Source: Oceanispirochaeta sp. (lineage in GTDB: Bacteria > Spirochaetota > Spirochaetia > DSM-2461). From it: 64,000 nt of DNA. Under the pieces are notes generated by a model. That model saw only the letters and a list, made by a program, of their open reading frames with translations. It searched no databases and was not told the DNA's origin. The DNA lies in contig CAXXXD010000002.1 in the NCBI GenBank assembly GCA_963663385.2, positions 224,001 to 288,000 of the forward strand, read 5' to 3'. The translations under genes were made by a program, and so were the position numbers. This document shows, one piece after another, positions 9,782 to 19,603 of the stretch (its first letter is position 1; the number at the start of each line of letters is the position of its first letter).

Positions 9782-12667
9782 ATGAAAATTGACTCGATAA
9801 CAACATTGCCGTCACATATATTGAATTGCATTTATGAGAGTATACTGGTTGTTGATCAGAACAACAGGCTGAAATACTATAATCAGTCATTTGAGAATCT
9901 TCTCCTTCTGAGTTCTGATAATATATCAACAATCAAGGATCGGATACTTGGCGATATACTTCCTGCCAAAATGAGTGCAATTCCGGTAATGGCACAGCAA
10001 TGCATAAGTCGTGTTGAGGTTGTGCAGGGCATACTGGAGATTCAGATCCCGCCCCTTATCCAGTATTATAAAGTAGTAGCTATTCCCAATTTAATAGAAA
10101 AAGATAGGGTGGAAGCTATTATAATTCTAAATAACACAACAGATTACGAACTAAAGAAGAAAGAGCTGCATCAGCAGTTGGATTTTCTTTCAAAACTGGA
10201 AAAACGAATGCCCCTTGGTGTTTTCATGTTCGATTATGAAGATGACGACCCTATTGTAACCCTCTGGAATCCCATGATGGTAGAATATTTCGGGGTACAG
10301 GAGAAAGATATACTGGGAAACAGTATCCAGTGCAGTTTCAATAAAGATACAGTTTCCCGGTTATCAGCCGCCATCGAGGCAATTAAATCTACCGGGTTAT
10401 ATTATGATTCGCCTTCTGAAGAAATTGAAACTCCCCAGGGTGTCAGATCTTTTCATATCGTAATCACTCCGATAAAGGATATGAAACTTACTTCAAACAG
10501 CTACCTGTGCATTATGGAAGATATAACCATAAGGATTCGTCAAGAGAAAGAACTTCAGTATATGCATGAAATGTTAAAAGAGGCTCTTAGTCAGATTTCC
10601 GAGCAATTGGAGCAGACTGATGCAGAATTTTCATCGATTCTCGAGTCTTCTATTAATGTATGCATCTTTTCACTGGACAGGGATTTAAACTACCGTTTTT
10701 TTAATCCCTATCATGAAAAGTACATGATGTCACAATTTGGAATTGCTGCAGAAAAAGGGGAAAAGGCAAAATGTGTCAAGAAGTCTTCCTCAGAAAAGGG
10801 ACTGCCTATTCTCGAGTATATTGAACAGGCTCTGGGTGGAGAATCTCAGGCACTGCAAGTACATTTCCAGAATAAGGAGGGGCAGATCAACTATCTGAAT
10901 ACGGTTTTCTCTCCTTTGTATGATAATGGAATAATTACCGGTGTAACCGTATTGCTGTTTGATACGACAGCACAGAAACACACTGCTGAAAAAGCCGAGA
11001 TCTTCCAGTTTGTCGCTGATCATGCAGAGTACGGTGTTATATTGGTAAACAAGGATTTTTCTGTTAACTATATTAATCCATTTGGGGAAACCCAGTTCGG
11101 GCTTCCATCCGATGAAATAATCGGCAATAAAGTGGACCTGTTATTTTCAGAAAGGCACAGAGAAAATATCCTGAAATCCCTGGATAAGACACTAAAGGGG
11201 ACAGTTCAGAATGAATTGCAAGTTGATTTGACAGACCAGTCTGATGAAACCGTTAATATCATGTTGAATTTTGTTCCCTATGGTGATCTTGAACACCAGG
11301 CGGGAGGTATTGCTATTACCTGCCTGGATGTTTCAACCCTTGAACAGGCTAAAAATACATTGATTCAGGCAAAGGATAGGGCGGAAGAGGCATCCATTCA
11401 AAAAAGTACTTTTGTTGCCAATATGAGCCATGAGTTCAGAACACCCCTCAATGCCATCCTTGGATTTTCATCCCTGTTAAAAGGGGAAATCCATGACACG
11501 GTTCTAAAGAGCCACGTAGATAGTATCATATCCAGTGGTACGGTATTGAAAAAACTGGTAAACGAAGTGTTGGATTTTTCCAAAATCGAGGCTGGTAAAA
11601 TGGAAATCCAGATCACAAAAGTTAATGTTTATGAGTTCTTTAAGGAAATATTCAGGATCTTTCAGCTTCAGTTTCATAATAAGAGTATTGACTTTGAAAT
11701 CTTCAGTAAGGAGCCTGTTCCGGAGTTTCTGTATTTTGATCAGTTACGTTTACAACAGGTTTTGATTAATCTGATAAATAATGGATTAAAATTTACACAG
11801 TACGGTTGCGTGAAGGTTATTTTTAAGTACATTGATAACAAAAAGATACTGCTGCTTAATGTTGAAGACAGCGGTATCGGTATTGCCGGGGATGATCAGA
11901 GCCGTGTTTTCGAATCATTTGAACAGAGAGAAAAAGAGAACACCCGGGTTTATGAGGGAACCGGATTAGGCTTGACAATTACAGAAAAGCTTCTGTCTTT
12001 GATGAAAGGCTCCATAAGGTTGAAGAGTGACATAGGAGCAGGATGTTCTTTTGCGCTGAAAATCCCCATGGCTGTGGAAGAAAATACAGAATCCCTTTCG
12101 ATTCATCTGCATGAGCCCCTTACTGTTAACAAAGTGATTTCCTGTTATGTGGAAAGACCTTTGATAACTCCGACTATGATGAAATTCGGTAAACGGAAAG
12201 GGATCCGTTTTCTTCCCTTTGATGGAATCCACGAGTTTCAGGCTGCAGAATATATGAAAATCCTTACCGGTAATTCAGAGATTTCGTTTGTAGATGAAAG
12301 CAAAGTAATAAGGATCTATAGAGAATACAGTAACGATTTCAAGCCTTCCGATTATGAGTTCTACTGCCTGTCGCAGGCTATGCCCGAGATAAAACGCCTT
12401 CACTTTATTTATAGTATTCTTATTTATGAGGATGGCCGTGTAAAAAAGAAACAAATCAATTTCAGTAATATTGATCAAACTGAGTTTGAGATGCTTAAAA
12501 AAGCCGTGGATTTAAAAATATTCAGTGATATTGAAGAATCCCTGCCTATTATTTATAAGTGTGAAGATGAAAACCATTATTACTCCGAACAAATTGAAGA
12601 GGCTATCTTAGTTTTCGACATCCCTAAACTGGAGAATATAATGAATAAGATGGCAACAATGTTTTAA
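9782..12667 (+). CDS. Multi-PAS sensor histidine kinase
   Basis: Several PAS-like repeats; H-box MSHEFRTPLN, N-box NLINNGLKF, DSGIG, GTGLGL; atypical C-terminal tail. Confidence 0.9.
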   Translation: MKIDSITTLPSHILNCIYESILVVDQNNRLKYYNQSFENLLLLSSDNISTIKDRILGDILPAKMSAIPVMAQQCISRVEVVQGILEIQIPPLIQYYKVVAIPNLIEKDRVEAIIILNNTTDYELKKKELHQQLDFLSKLEKRMPLGVFMFDYEDDDPIVTLWNPMMVEYFGVQEKDILGNSIQCSFNKDTVSRLSAAIEAIKSTGLYYDSPSEEIETPQGVRSFHIVITPIKDMKLTSNSYLCIMEDITIRIRQEKELQYMHEMLKEALSQISEQLEQTDAEFSSILESSINVCIFSLDRDLNYRFFNPYHEKYMMSQFGIAAEKGEKAKCVKKSSSEKGLPILEYIEQALGGESQALQVHFQNKEGQINYLNTVFSPLYDNGIITGVTVLLFDTTAQKHTAEKAEIFQFVADHAEYGVILVNKDFSVNYINPFGETQFGLPSDEIIGNKVDLLFSERHRENILKSLDKTLKGTVQNELQVDLTDQSDETVNIMLNFVPYGDLEHQAGGIAITCLDVSTLEQAKNTLIQAKDRAEEASIQKSTFVANMSHEFRTPLNAILGFSSLLKGEIHDTVLKSHVDSIISSGTVLKKLVNEVLDFSKIEAGKMEIQITKVNVYEFFKEIFRIFQLQFHNKSIDFEIFSKEPVPEFLYFDQLRLQQVLINLINNGLKFTQYGCVKVIFKYIDNKKILLLNVEDSGIGIAGDDQSRVFESFEQREKENTRVYEGTGLGLTITEKLLSLMKGSIRLKSDIGAGCSFALKIPMAVEENTESLSIHLHEPLTVNKVISCYVERPLITPTMMKFGKRKGIRFLPFDGIHEFQAAEYMKILTGNSEISFVDESKVIRIYREYSNDFKPSDYEFYCLSQAMPEIKRLHFIYSILIYEDGRVKKKQINFSNIDQTEFEMLKKAVDLKIFSDIEESLPIIYKCEDENHYYSEQIEEAILVFDIPKLENIMNKMATMF

Positions 12668-12814
12668 TACAGTATTTATTACTGCTTCGGGTATAATTAC
12701 TGATACTGCTGTTCTGATACCAAGAAAGCAAGATTTGTCTTTGTTTCTCTCTACTGTCTGATGTTCCAGATATTCCCTTTATAGAAGACTGTTCTTTACT
12801 TGATCCGGGAGGAC

Positions 12815-13825
12815 TCATTTGGAACAGGATGTTCCCCGTCTAATCTGATGAGGCAGAATCCGGGTATAGGATGTTAAATCTTTCTTATCTTTTTCATCGG
12901 ATTCAATCAGTTCCAGCAGTGTCCGGGTTGCTTTTAATGTAATCTCTTCAATCGGCTGGTTTATGGTGGTAAGGGACGGGACCATATATTTTCCTATTTC
13001 TATGCCGTCATAGCCGATAATATCTATATCCTTACCGATTTTCAGACCCATGGAAGTAATTGTTTTATAACCACCTATTGCCATCTCATCATTTACATAA
13101 AAAAGAGCTGTCAATTCAGGGTGTTTCTGCAGAAGCTCTTTTGTAACTTTTTCTCCTGAGTCAAGGGAGAAAGATCCGGGCAGGAGGTAGTCCGGATTAA
13201 ATGGTATTCCGGTATTTTTCAATGCATCCCTGTAGCCTGCAACCTGAGGGTCCTTACTGCTTTCTTTGAATGCATTACTGCAGATCATGCCTATTTTTCT
13301 ATGATTCAGGGATGTAAGAAGGCTTACGCCATCGAATACAGCTTTCCGTGGGTTGATGTAATAAGCGGGCCATTTCAGTTCGGGAATATTGATGGCACAC
13401 TGGACAACGGGGATTTTACTGGAATTAATATGATTATTAATATTCTCCGAATAGGATTCATGGCAGAGAATAATTCCGTCAACCTCTTTTTGTTGAAGGA
13501 GATTAAGATAGCTCAGCTCTGAATTATCATTGTCCTTTATACTGCAGACTATCAGTTTATATCCTTTTTCTTCCAGATGGGTTTCCAGAAGGTTGAACAG
13601 TCTCTGGTGAAATATGCCCGAGACCTGTGGCAATAACAGTCCTATCAGATTGGTTCTGCCCAGGACCATACTGCGTGCGGTATGATCCGGAACATAGTTC
13701 TCTCTGGCAATGGTTTCTCTCACTTTCCTTTCCAGTTCGGGACTTACAGCTTTTGTTCCGTTGAGAACCCTTGAAACAGTAGAGATTGAAACCCCGGACA
13801 TTCGTGCGATATCTTTTATTCCCAT
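12815..13825 (-). CDS. LacI family transcriptional regulator
   Basis: IKDIARMSGVSISTVSRVLN HTH; IIGYDG, PSLTTI. Confidence 0.95.
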   Translation of the reverse strand: MGIKDIARMSGVSISTVSRVLNGTKAVSPELERKVRETIARENYVPDHTARSMVLGRTNLIGLLLPQVSGIFHQRLFNLLETHLEEKGYKLIVCSIKDNDNSELSYLNLLQQKEVDGIILCHESYSENINNHINSSKIPVVQCAINIPELKWPAYYINPRKAVFDGVSLLTSLNHRKIGMICSNAFKESSKDPQVAGYRDALKNTGIPFNPDYLLPGSFSLDSGEKVTKELLQKHPELTALFYVNDEMAIGGYKTITSMGLKIGKDIDIIGYDGIEIGKYMVPSLTTINQPIEEITLKATRTLLELIESDEKDKKDLTSYTRILPHQIRRGTSCSK

Positions 13826-13861
13826 GATCCTATTATTGGGGGAAAACTGGATTTAATCAAT

Positions 13862-13907
13862 AGGAAAAGGTTTTCCCTTGACAGGAAAAGGTTTTCCTAT
13901 GTATCCT
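13862..13907. promoter_or_regulatory. Tandem LacI-type operators flanking a TTGACA -35
   Basis: AGGAAAAGGTTTTCC(C/T) at 13862 and 13883; TTGACA at 13878; TATCCT at 13902. Confidence 0.75.
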
Positions 13908-13939
13908 TGGATTTAGATAACAGCTATAAGGAGACAAAT

Positions 13940-15226
13940 ATGAAGAAGTATCTATTCGCCGCATTATGCGTGTTGCTGATTCCTTTTTTTCTAACTGCAG
14001 GAGGAAGTCAGGAAGCAGCCGGAATAACAGAGGATGGTGTAACTCTGGTTATGTGGGACCAGTTCTACAGAGGTGAAGAGAATACCATCATGGAGAAAAT
14101 CGTCAGGGAGTATGAACAGCAGAATGCGGGAGTTACAATCCAGAGGGACGCAAAAACACTGGATGATTTGAAACTGGTACTTCAGATGTCTGTTCAGGCC
14201 GGAACAGGGCCCGATATTATGCAATTGAATCAGGGAGAAGCCGATATGGGTGCTTTTGTAAAATCCGATCTGATTGCCAACCTGAATGAACAGGCCGTCA
14301 GCCTGGGATGGGAAGACAGACTTACCAAAGCCAATCTGAAATCCATGGGATATAAAGGTGATTATTACGGTGTTTCCGTTACTGGAGAGGTTGTAGGTTT
14401 CTTTTACAATAAAGCGCTCTTCCAGGAACTGGGCCTGACAATTCCTTCTACTCTTGAAGAGCTGGAAGTTCTTCTGGCAAAAGTAAAGGATGCCGGTTAT
14501 ACACCGATTAATTTTGGAAATCTGGACGGCTGGACAGGTATCCATGAATGGTCATCACTGCAGCATGTCATGACAACCAGAAGTGAGCTGGACGATATGA
14601 TGAGTGGAAAATCCGGTGCTTTCTGGAGTGTCCCTGCCAATAAAGCTTCTGCCGATAAACTTGTTTCCTGGGTGGAAAAAGGTTACTTTACCAAGGACTT
14701 TTCAGCGATCGGGTATGATGATTCCGCTACAGTTTTCTATCAGGGTGATTCTGCTCTTATGCTGACAGGAAACTGGCTGCAGGGTGAAATAGATGCCAAT
14801 GCTCCTTTTGATGCCGGATTCTTCCTTCTGCCGGCACCTGCCGCTTCTCAGGAAAATCTGAAGGCTGTAGGCGGACCCGGTATCCCCTTTGTTATTAACA
14901 AATCTACAAAGCATATGGATGAAGCTGTTGCCTTCCTGGATCTTCTGACTCAGGAAAAAACTGCTGTGAAATGGGCTGAAAGCGCTATGCTGCCCGCCCT
15001 TCCCATTTCAGAATCTTCCGTTCCAAATTCGGGAGAGCTTTTCAGGGATATTATGAAATGCTACAAGCAGGTAAATGAGAATAACGGAATCGGGTACTTT
15101 ATTGACTGGATTACCCCTACTTTTTATGACACCAGCTCGGCATCCGTACAGGAACTGATGGCTCAGGATATCGACTCTGACACATTTGTTAAAAACCTGC
15201 AGACCGATTACAACGACTTTTATTAA
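13940..15226 (+). CDS. Carbohydrate ABC transporter solute-binding protein
   Basis: Signal peptide ending LTAGGSQE; GPDI, FYNKALF; SD AAGGAG before ATG 13940. Confidence 0.9.
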   Translation: MKKYLFAALCVLLIPFFLTAGGSQEAAGITEDGVTLVMWDQFYRGEENTIMEKIVREYEQQNAGVTIQRDAKTLDDLKLVLQMSVQAGTGPDIMQLNQGEADMGAFVKSDLIANLNEQAVSLGWEDRLTKANLKSMGYKGDYYGVSVTGEVVGFFYNKALFQELGLTIPSTLEELEVLLAKVKDAGYTPINFGNLDGWTGIHEWSSLQHVMTTRSELDDMMSGKSGAFWSVPANKASADKLVSWVEKGYFTKDFSAIGYDDSATVFYQGDSALMLTGNWLQGEIDANAPFDAGFFLLPAPAASQENLKAVGGPGIPFVINKSTKHMDEAVAFLDLLTQEKTAVKWAESAMLPALPISESSVPNSGELFRDIMKCYKQVNENNGIGYFIDWITPTFYDTSSASVQELMAQDIDSDTFVKNLQTDYNDFY

Positions 15227-15247
15227 GAAAAATAACATAAAATATAA

Positions 15248-15283
15248 GGGCTTGCCGTTATATCGGAATATGCCGGTAAGCCC
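15248..15283 (+). other. Stem-loop after the SBP gene (mRNA stabiliser or partial terminator)
   Basis: GGGCTTGCCG...CGGTAAGCCC. Confidence 0.55.
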
Positions 15284-15303
15284 GTTTCGGAGTTAATTAT
15301 ACA

Positions 15304-16248
15304 ATGAAAAAAGTATTGGTCATTGGTCCGGTTTTCTGTGATCTGCTGCTGGACGGGTTCCGAGAAGTCCCCTCTCCGGGAGAGGAAGAGTATCTGGATC
15401 AGATTCAAATGTCTATTGGCGGTGTAGCCATAACTGCACAGGCTCTGACTCAACTGGGAATGCCGGCTGATCTGCTCTCATCCGTAGGTGATGATATCTT
15501 TGGCCGTCATATGCTGGAAGAACTGAACAGTAAAGGTGTCAGTACATCTCTGGTAGAGATCCGCAAGAGAGAACGGAGCAATCTCTCAATTATTTTTCCT
15601 CTGGGAAATGATCGCTCTTTTTTAACTCAACTGATGTCTGAAGACTGTGCATCCGAACAAATTTTGAAAGAAACGGGAGAACTTGATCTGACAGGATTCT
15701 CTCATATACATATTTCCTATTCTCTGATGAAGCATTCCCCGTACAGGGAATTGATCAGGAACGCATCCGATCTGGGAATTACAGTTTCTACAGATCTGGG
15801 ATTTGATGAAGCAAAAACATGGGTTGATGAGGATTTCATAAACCTTGAGAAGGTCGATTATTTCTTCCCTAACGATAAGGAAGCTGCCATTCTCACGGGA
15901 ACCAGTGATATGGAAGAGGCAATAAACCATCTTCGAAAGTGGGTGAAGGTCCCCATTATTACCAGAGGAGGGAAGGGGGCCGTTCTGCTTAATGAACAGA
16001 ACCGGTTCTGCCGTATCCCCGCGCCGGATGTTCCGGTCTTCAATACCACGGGTGCAGGCGATTCTTTTGTAGCCGGGTTCCTGTACGGGATTGCCGGGGG
16101 GGGGTCTCTGGAAGAATCTGTTCTCAGAGGGACTATTTGCGGGTCCATGACTGCCGGGTCCAAATTTTCTCTGTCGCCGCATATTAATTCAGCAGAACTG
16201 CAAAAGTTTCTGAATAATGAAAAATCATATCAGGAAGGAAAAAAATGA
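15304..16248 (+). CDS. PfkB/ribokinase family carbohydrate kinase
   Basis: IGG..., VGDDIFG, PNDKEA, NTTGAGDSFVAG. Confidence 0.95.
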   Translation: MKKVLVIGPVFCDLLLDGFREVPSPGEEEYLDQIQMSIGGVAITAQALTQLGMPADLLSSVGDDIFGRHMLEELNSKGVSTSLVEIRKRERSNLSIIFPLGNDRSFLTQLMSEDCASEQILKETGELDLTGFSHIHISYSLMKHSPYRELIRNASDLGITVSTDLGFDEAKTWVDEDFINLEKVDYFFPNDKEAAILTGTSDMEEAINHLRKWVKVPIITRGGKGAVLLNEQNRFCRIPAPDVPVFNTTGAGDSFVAGFLYGIAGGGSLEESVLRGTICGSMTAGSKFSLSPHINSAELQKFLNNEKSYQEGKK

Positions 16249-17588
16249 AACTGTCTGTTATAGGGGGCGGAAGTGTCCGCACACCTTTATTAATAAAAAA
16301 TTTACTGGAAAGAAATAACCCGGATCTGGAGACAATTGCTCTTTTCGATACTGATCCCGAAAAGATGCAGCTGATAAAGCCCATTCTGGATGAAATTTCA
16401 GAACATCTGAAGGTTAAAAAAAATATTCAGATTTGCACCAGTTTTGAAGAAATGGCGGAAAACACCGATTTTGTTTTCTCAAGCTTCAGACAGGGAGGTG
16501 ATCAGGGGCGGATACTGGATGAATCCATTCCTGATGCTCTGGGAATGCTGGGGCAGGAAACTGTCGGCGCCGGCGGAGCCGCCATGGCATTAAGAACCCT
16601 TCCAGTTGCTCTCGATTATGCCGAGAAGCTTCACCGGATTGCTCCTGATGCATGGCTGATCAACTTTACCAATCCCTCCGGGATTCTGACAGAGGCCCTT
16701 CTGAATCATAGCTCTCATGATAAAATTGTTGGTATCTGCGATGCGCCGATCGTCATTAAAAATATGGCAGCTTCCTACCTGAACTGTCCTGTGGATGATA
16801 TTGATTTCAGGACTTTCGGTCTGAATCATCTGGGGTGGGTTTATGATGTAACCCTGAAAGGTAAGCCAATACTGGGACAACTGATTGAAGAGGCGGAGAA
16901 GTTTGTTGAAACAGAGCCTTTATACAGAAATCTTCTGGACCATATTAAAGAAACCCGCCTGATTCCCAATGAATATCTGCTGTTTTATCTGCATAGCGAA
17001 GATGTCCGGAAAAAGTATGCCGGAGAATCTTATAAACGCAGTCAGTATATAGCGGACATAAATCAGGAGTTCTACAGGAGCCTCAAAAAAGGCAATGTCA
17101 AGGCCCTTGATGCCTACCAGGAATATCTGGAAAAACGGGAAGGATCCTATATGGCTGTGGAAACAGGGAATGCCCGTGAAAAGCAGCGCGTGGATATTTT
17201 TGCCAGAAAGAATAAATTCGGCTATGATGATGTAGCCATTTCTGTAATGGATGCCCTGAGAGGCAAAGGTGACACGGTTCTACCTGTAAACAGGAAGAAT
17301 GACAGCTGTTCCTATCTGGAACGTTCGGATGTTCTCGAAGTGGATTCCCATCTGCATAAGGGCGGGTATTCAGAAGGGTTTGAAGTTCCCGAGCTTCCGG
17401 AAAGATGTGTGTCCCTGATTAAAAATGTAAAAGCTTATGAACGGAAACTGGTGGAGGGGTATATGAAAAAAGATCGGTCTCTCATCCTTGAAGCTTTCGG
17501 CTATAATCCGTTGATCAAGAGCGAAAAGGCGCAGGTTCTTCTGGATGAAATAATAGCCTCTCATAAACTGGAGGATTTTCCTAAATGA
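16245..17588 (+). CDS. GH4 family 6-phospho-beta-glucosidase-like enzyme
   Basis: IGGGS, GQETVGAGG, INFTNP, GICD, GLNHL. Confidence 0.92.
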   Translation: MKLSVIGGGSVRTPLLIKNLLERNNPDLETIALFDTDPEKMQLIKPILDEISEHLKVKKNIQICTSFEEMAENTDFVFSSFRQGGDQGRILDESIPDALGMLGQETVGAGGAAMALRTLPVALDYAEKLHRIAPDAWLINFTNPSGILTEALLNHSSHDKIVGICDAPIVIKNMAASYLNCPVDDIDFRTFGLNHLGWVYDVTLKGKPILGQLIEEAEKFVETEPLYRNLLDHIKETRLIPNEYLLFYLHSEDVRKKYAGESYKRSQYIADINQEFYRSLKKGNVKALDAYQEYLEKREGSYMAVETGNAREKQRVDIFARKNKFGYDDVAISVMDALRGKGDTVLPVNRKNDSCSYLERSDVLEVDSHLHKGGYSEGFEVPELPERCVSLIKNVKAYERKLVEGYMKKDRSLILEAFGYNPLIKSEKAQVLLDEIIASHKLEDFPK

Positions 17589-18481
17589 GCGGGAAGCACT
17601 ACCGCAGTTTATTCGATAATCCTGTAAGGGGCTGGCTTTATCTGTTCCCGGGGCTTGCTGTGTACCTGTTATTTTTTATATTTCCGGTACTCCGTTCGCT
17701 CCTGTCCAGTTTTTTCAAATACGAGACTATGTTCTCCCGTACCTTTTCGGGGACGGAAAATTATCTTAAAGTGATGAAGGATACCCTGTTCTGGGGATCT
17801 CTTTCTCATAATGGGATACTGATTCTTTTCCTGATGGTCCTTCCCGGTATAATCGGATTGATCCTTGCCACTCTTTTCGAAGTCGGCAAACCCCGGTATG
17901 GGAAGGTCTTTGAAGTGGCCTATTTTGCCCCGCAGATCCTGTCGCTGGTTGTCGTGGGTGTTATATGGAAATGGATTTACAACCCTGTATTCGGACTGTT
18001 GAATAATGGCTTGAAGTCACTGGGACTTGATTCTCTGGCCCAACCCTGGCTTGGAAAAGCATCAACAGCCCTTACGGCAATCGGTTTGACCGGAACATGG
18101 GTCAATTATGGTTTTGCCATGATAATTTTCCTTGCAGGGTATAAAAAAATATCGGTATCCCTTTTTGAATCCGCTTCTCTTGATGGTGCCGGGTTCTGGC
18201 AGAAGTTTTACCATATTTCCATACCTTCACTTAAAAGGGAGATTGCGGTTGTTTTCACCTATCTGTATATTCAGTCCCTGAAAACATTTGATCTGAGCTA
18301 TGTCATGACCAAAGGCGGACCCGGTAATTCCACTTCTGTTCTATCCTTATATGTTTTTAAAAATGCCTTTCAGTATAACCGCCTGGGATATGCAGCGACG
18401 CTGGCTATTTATCTTCTGATCTTTATAAGTGCCGGTTCATATATAATTGCCAAATTGACAGGGAGGGATGACAATGAGTAG
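17585..18481 (+). CDS. Carbohydrate ABC transporter permease
   Basis: LFESASLDGAG; MTKGGPG. Confidence 0.95.
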   Translation: MSGKHYRSLFDNPVRGWLYLFPGLAVYLLFFIFPVLRSLLSSFFKYETMFSRTFSGTENYLKVMKDTLFWGSLSHNGILILFLMVLPGIIGLILATLFEVGKPRYGKVFEVAYFAPQILSLVVVGVIWKWIYNPVFGLLNNGLKSLGLDSLAQPWLGKASTALTAIGLTGTWVNYGFAMIIFLAGYKKISVSLFESASLDGAGFWQKFYHISIPSLKREIAVVFTYLYIQSLKTFDLSYVMTKGGPGNSTSVLSLYVFKNAFQYNRLGYAATLAIYLLIFISAGSYIIAKLTGRDDNE

Positions 18482-19301
18482 GAAAATTGTGCGTAACTCT
18501 TTAATATACCTCCTTTTGATGAGTATATTATTCATTGCCTTAACACCTCTGTTTTTTACCTGGTTTACCGCTTTTAAATCCAAAACAGAGCTGATAAGCA
18601 ATGTTTTCGGTCTTCCCCGGGACTGGCAGTGGAATAATATCAGCCGGGCATGGATTCAGGGACATTTTGGGACATACTATCAGAATTCCGTTCTGGTCGT
18701 GATTCCTGTGCTCTTCCTTTCCCTGATTCTGTCCATTATGAATTCCTATGCATTTGTATACTTCAGGATCCCCGGGAAAAAGCAAATTTTCCAGCTTTTT
18801 ATTCTGGGACTGGCGGTTCCGATGGAAGTCGTTATGATCCAGCAGTACTTTCACATGCAGAACCTGGGGCTTCTGAATACGCGGGCAGGACTGATTATGG
18901 CCCAGGTTGCCATGTCCATCCCTTTCGGGACTTTCTTTATTACATCCAGTTTGAGAGGACTCCCATCAGCTGTTGTTGAGTCTGCCGAAGTGGACGGCGC
19001 CGATACATGGAAAATTCTCTGGCTGATAATTTCACCACTGCTTACTCCTGCTCTTGTGGCTGCGTCGATATTTTTCTTTATCTGGACCTGGAATGAGTTT
19101 CTGCTGGCTCTGGTTCTGATCAGCAAAGAGGAGCTGCGTACCCTTCCGCTGGGTATGGCCTACTTCCAGGGAAAGTATGTGGGAGACAGCCCACTGATGG
19201 CAATGGGAGCCACTCTGATGACTCTGCCGATAATTCTGTTTTATATAGGATTGCAGAAATATTTTATCTCGGGAATTGTCAGCGGTTCCGTTAAGGAATA
19301 A
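18474..19301 (+). CDS. Carbohydrate ABC transporter permease
   Basis: VESAEVDGAD; WNEFLLAL; GGGAGG SD favours ATG 18474. Confidence 0.95.
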   Translation: MSRKIVRNSLIYLLLMSILFIALTPLFFTWFTAFKSKTELISNVFGLPRDWQWNNISRAWIQGHFGTYYQNSVLVVIPVLFLSLILSIMNSYAFVYFRIPGKKQIFQLFILGLAVPMEVVMIQQYFHMQNLGLLNTRAGLIMAQVAMSIPFGTFFITSSLRGLPSAVVESAEVDGADTWKILWLIISPLLTPALVAASIFFFIWTWNEFLLALVLISKEELRTLPLGMAYFQGKYVGDSPLMAMGATLMTLPIILFYIGLQKYFISGIVSGSVKE

Positions 19302-19321
19302 GTTTTCTAGGGAAAGAATTG

Positions 19322-19350
19322 CCTGTAATCATCGAGTATATGATTACAGG
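19322..19350. terminator. Inverted repeat ending the GH4 operon
   Basis: CCTGTAATCAT-N7-ATGATTACAGG. Confidence 0.5.
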
Positions 19351-19603
19351 TCCCGGTAACCCGAGAACGCAGACAGCACTTCCTGCTGTTATAGGCCCAG
19401 TACCGCAGGGCCTGACGGTGTTTCTTTGGAGATCCCCGGATAAAATTAATATTTCCATGATTAAATTAATCACAGTGGGAAACAAGCCATAAAGAGTCTG
19501 TTAATATTATTAAAATCTTCATCCTTTTTGTAATTATTTGCCCCTCCCCAATACAGGAATTCTCCCTTTAATATGAATTATCAAATCTTAAAGGGAGTTT
19601 TAA

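Noticed and set aside
12624..12818. 64-aa ORF overlapping the lacI stop
   Set aside because: No motif, and it overlaps the convergent kinase end; not supportable
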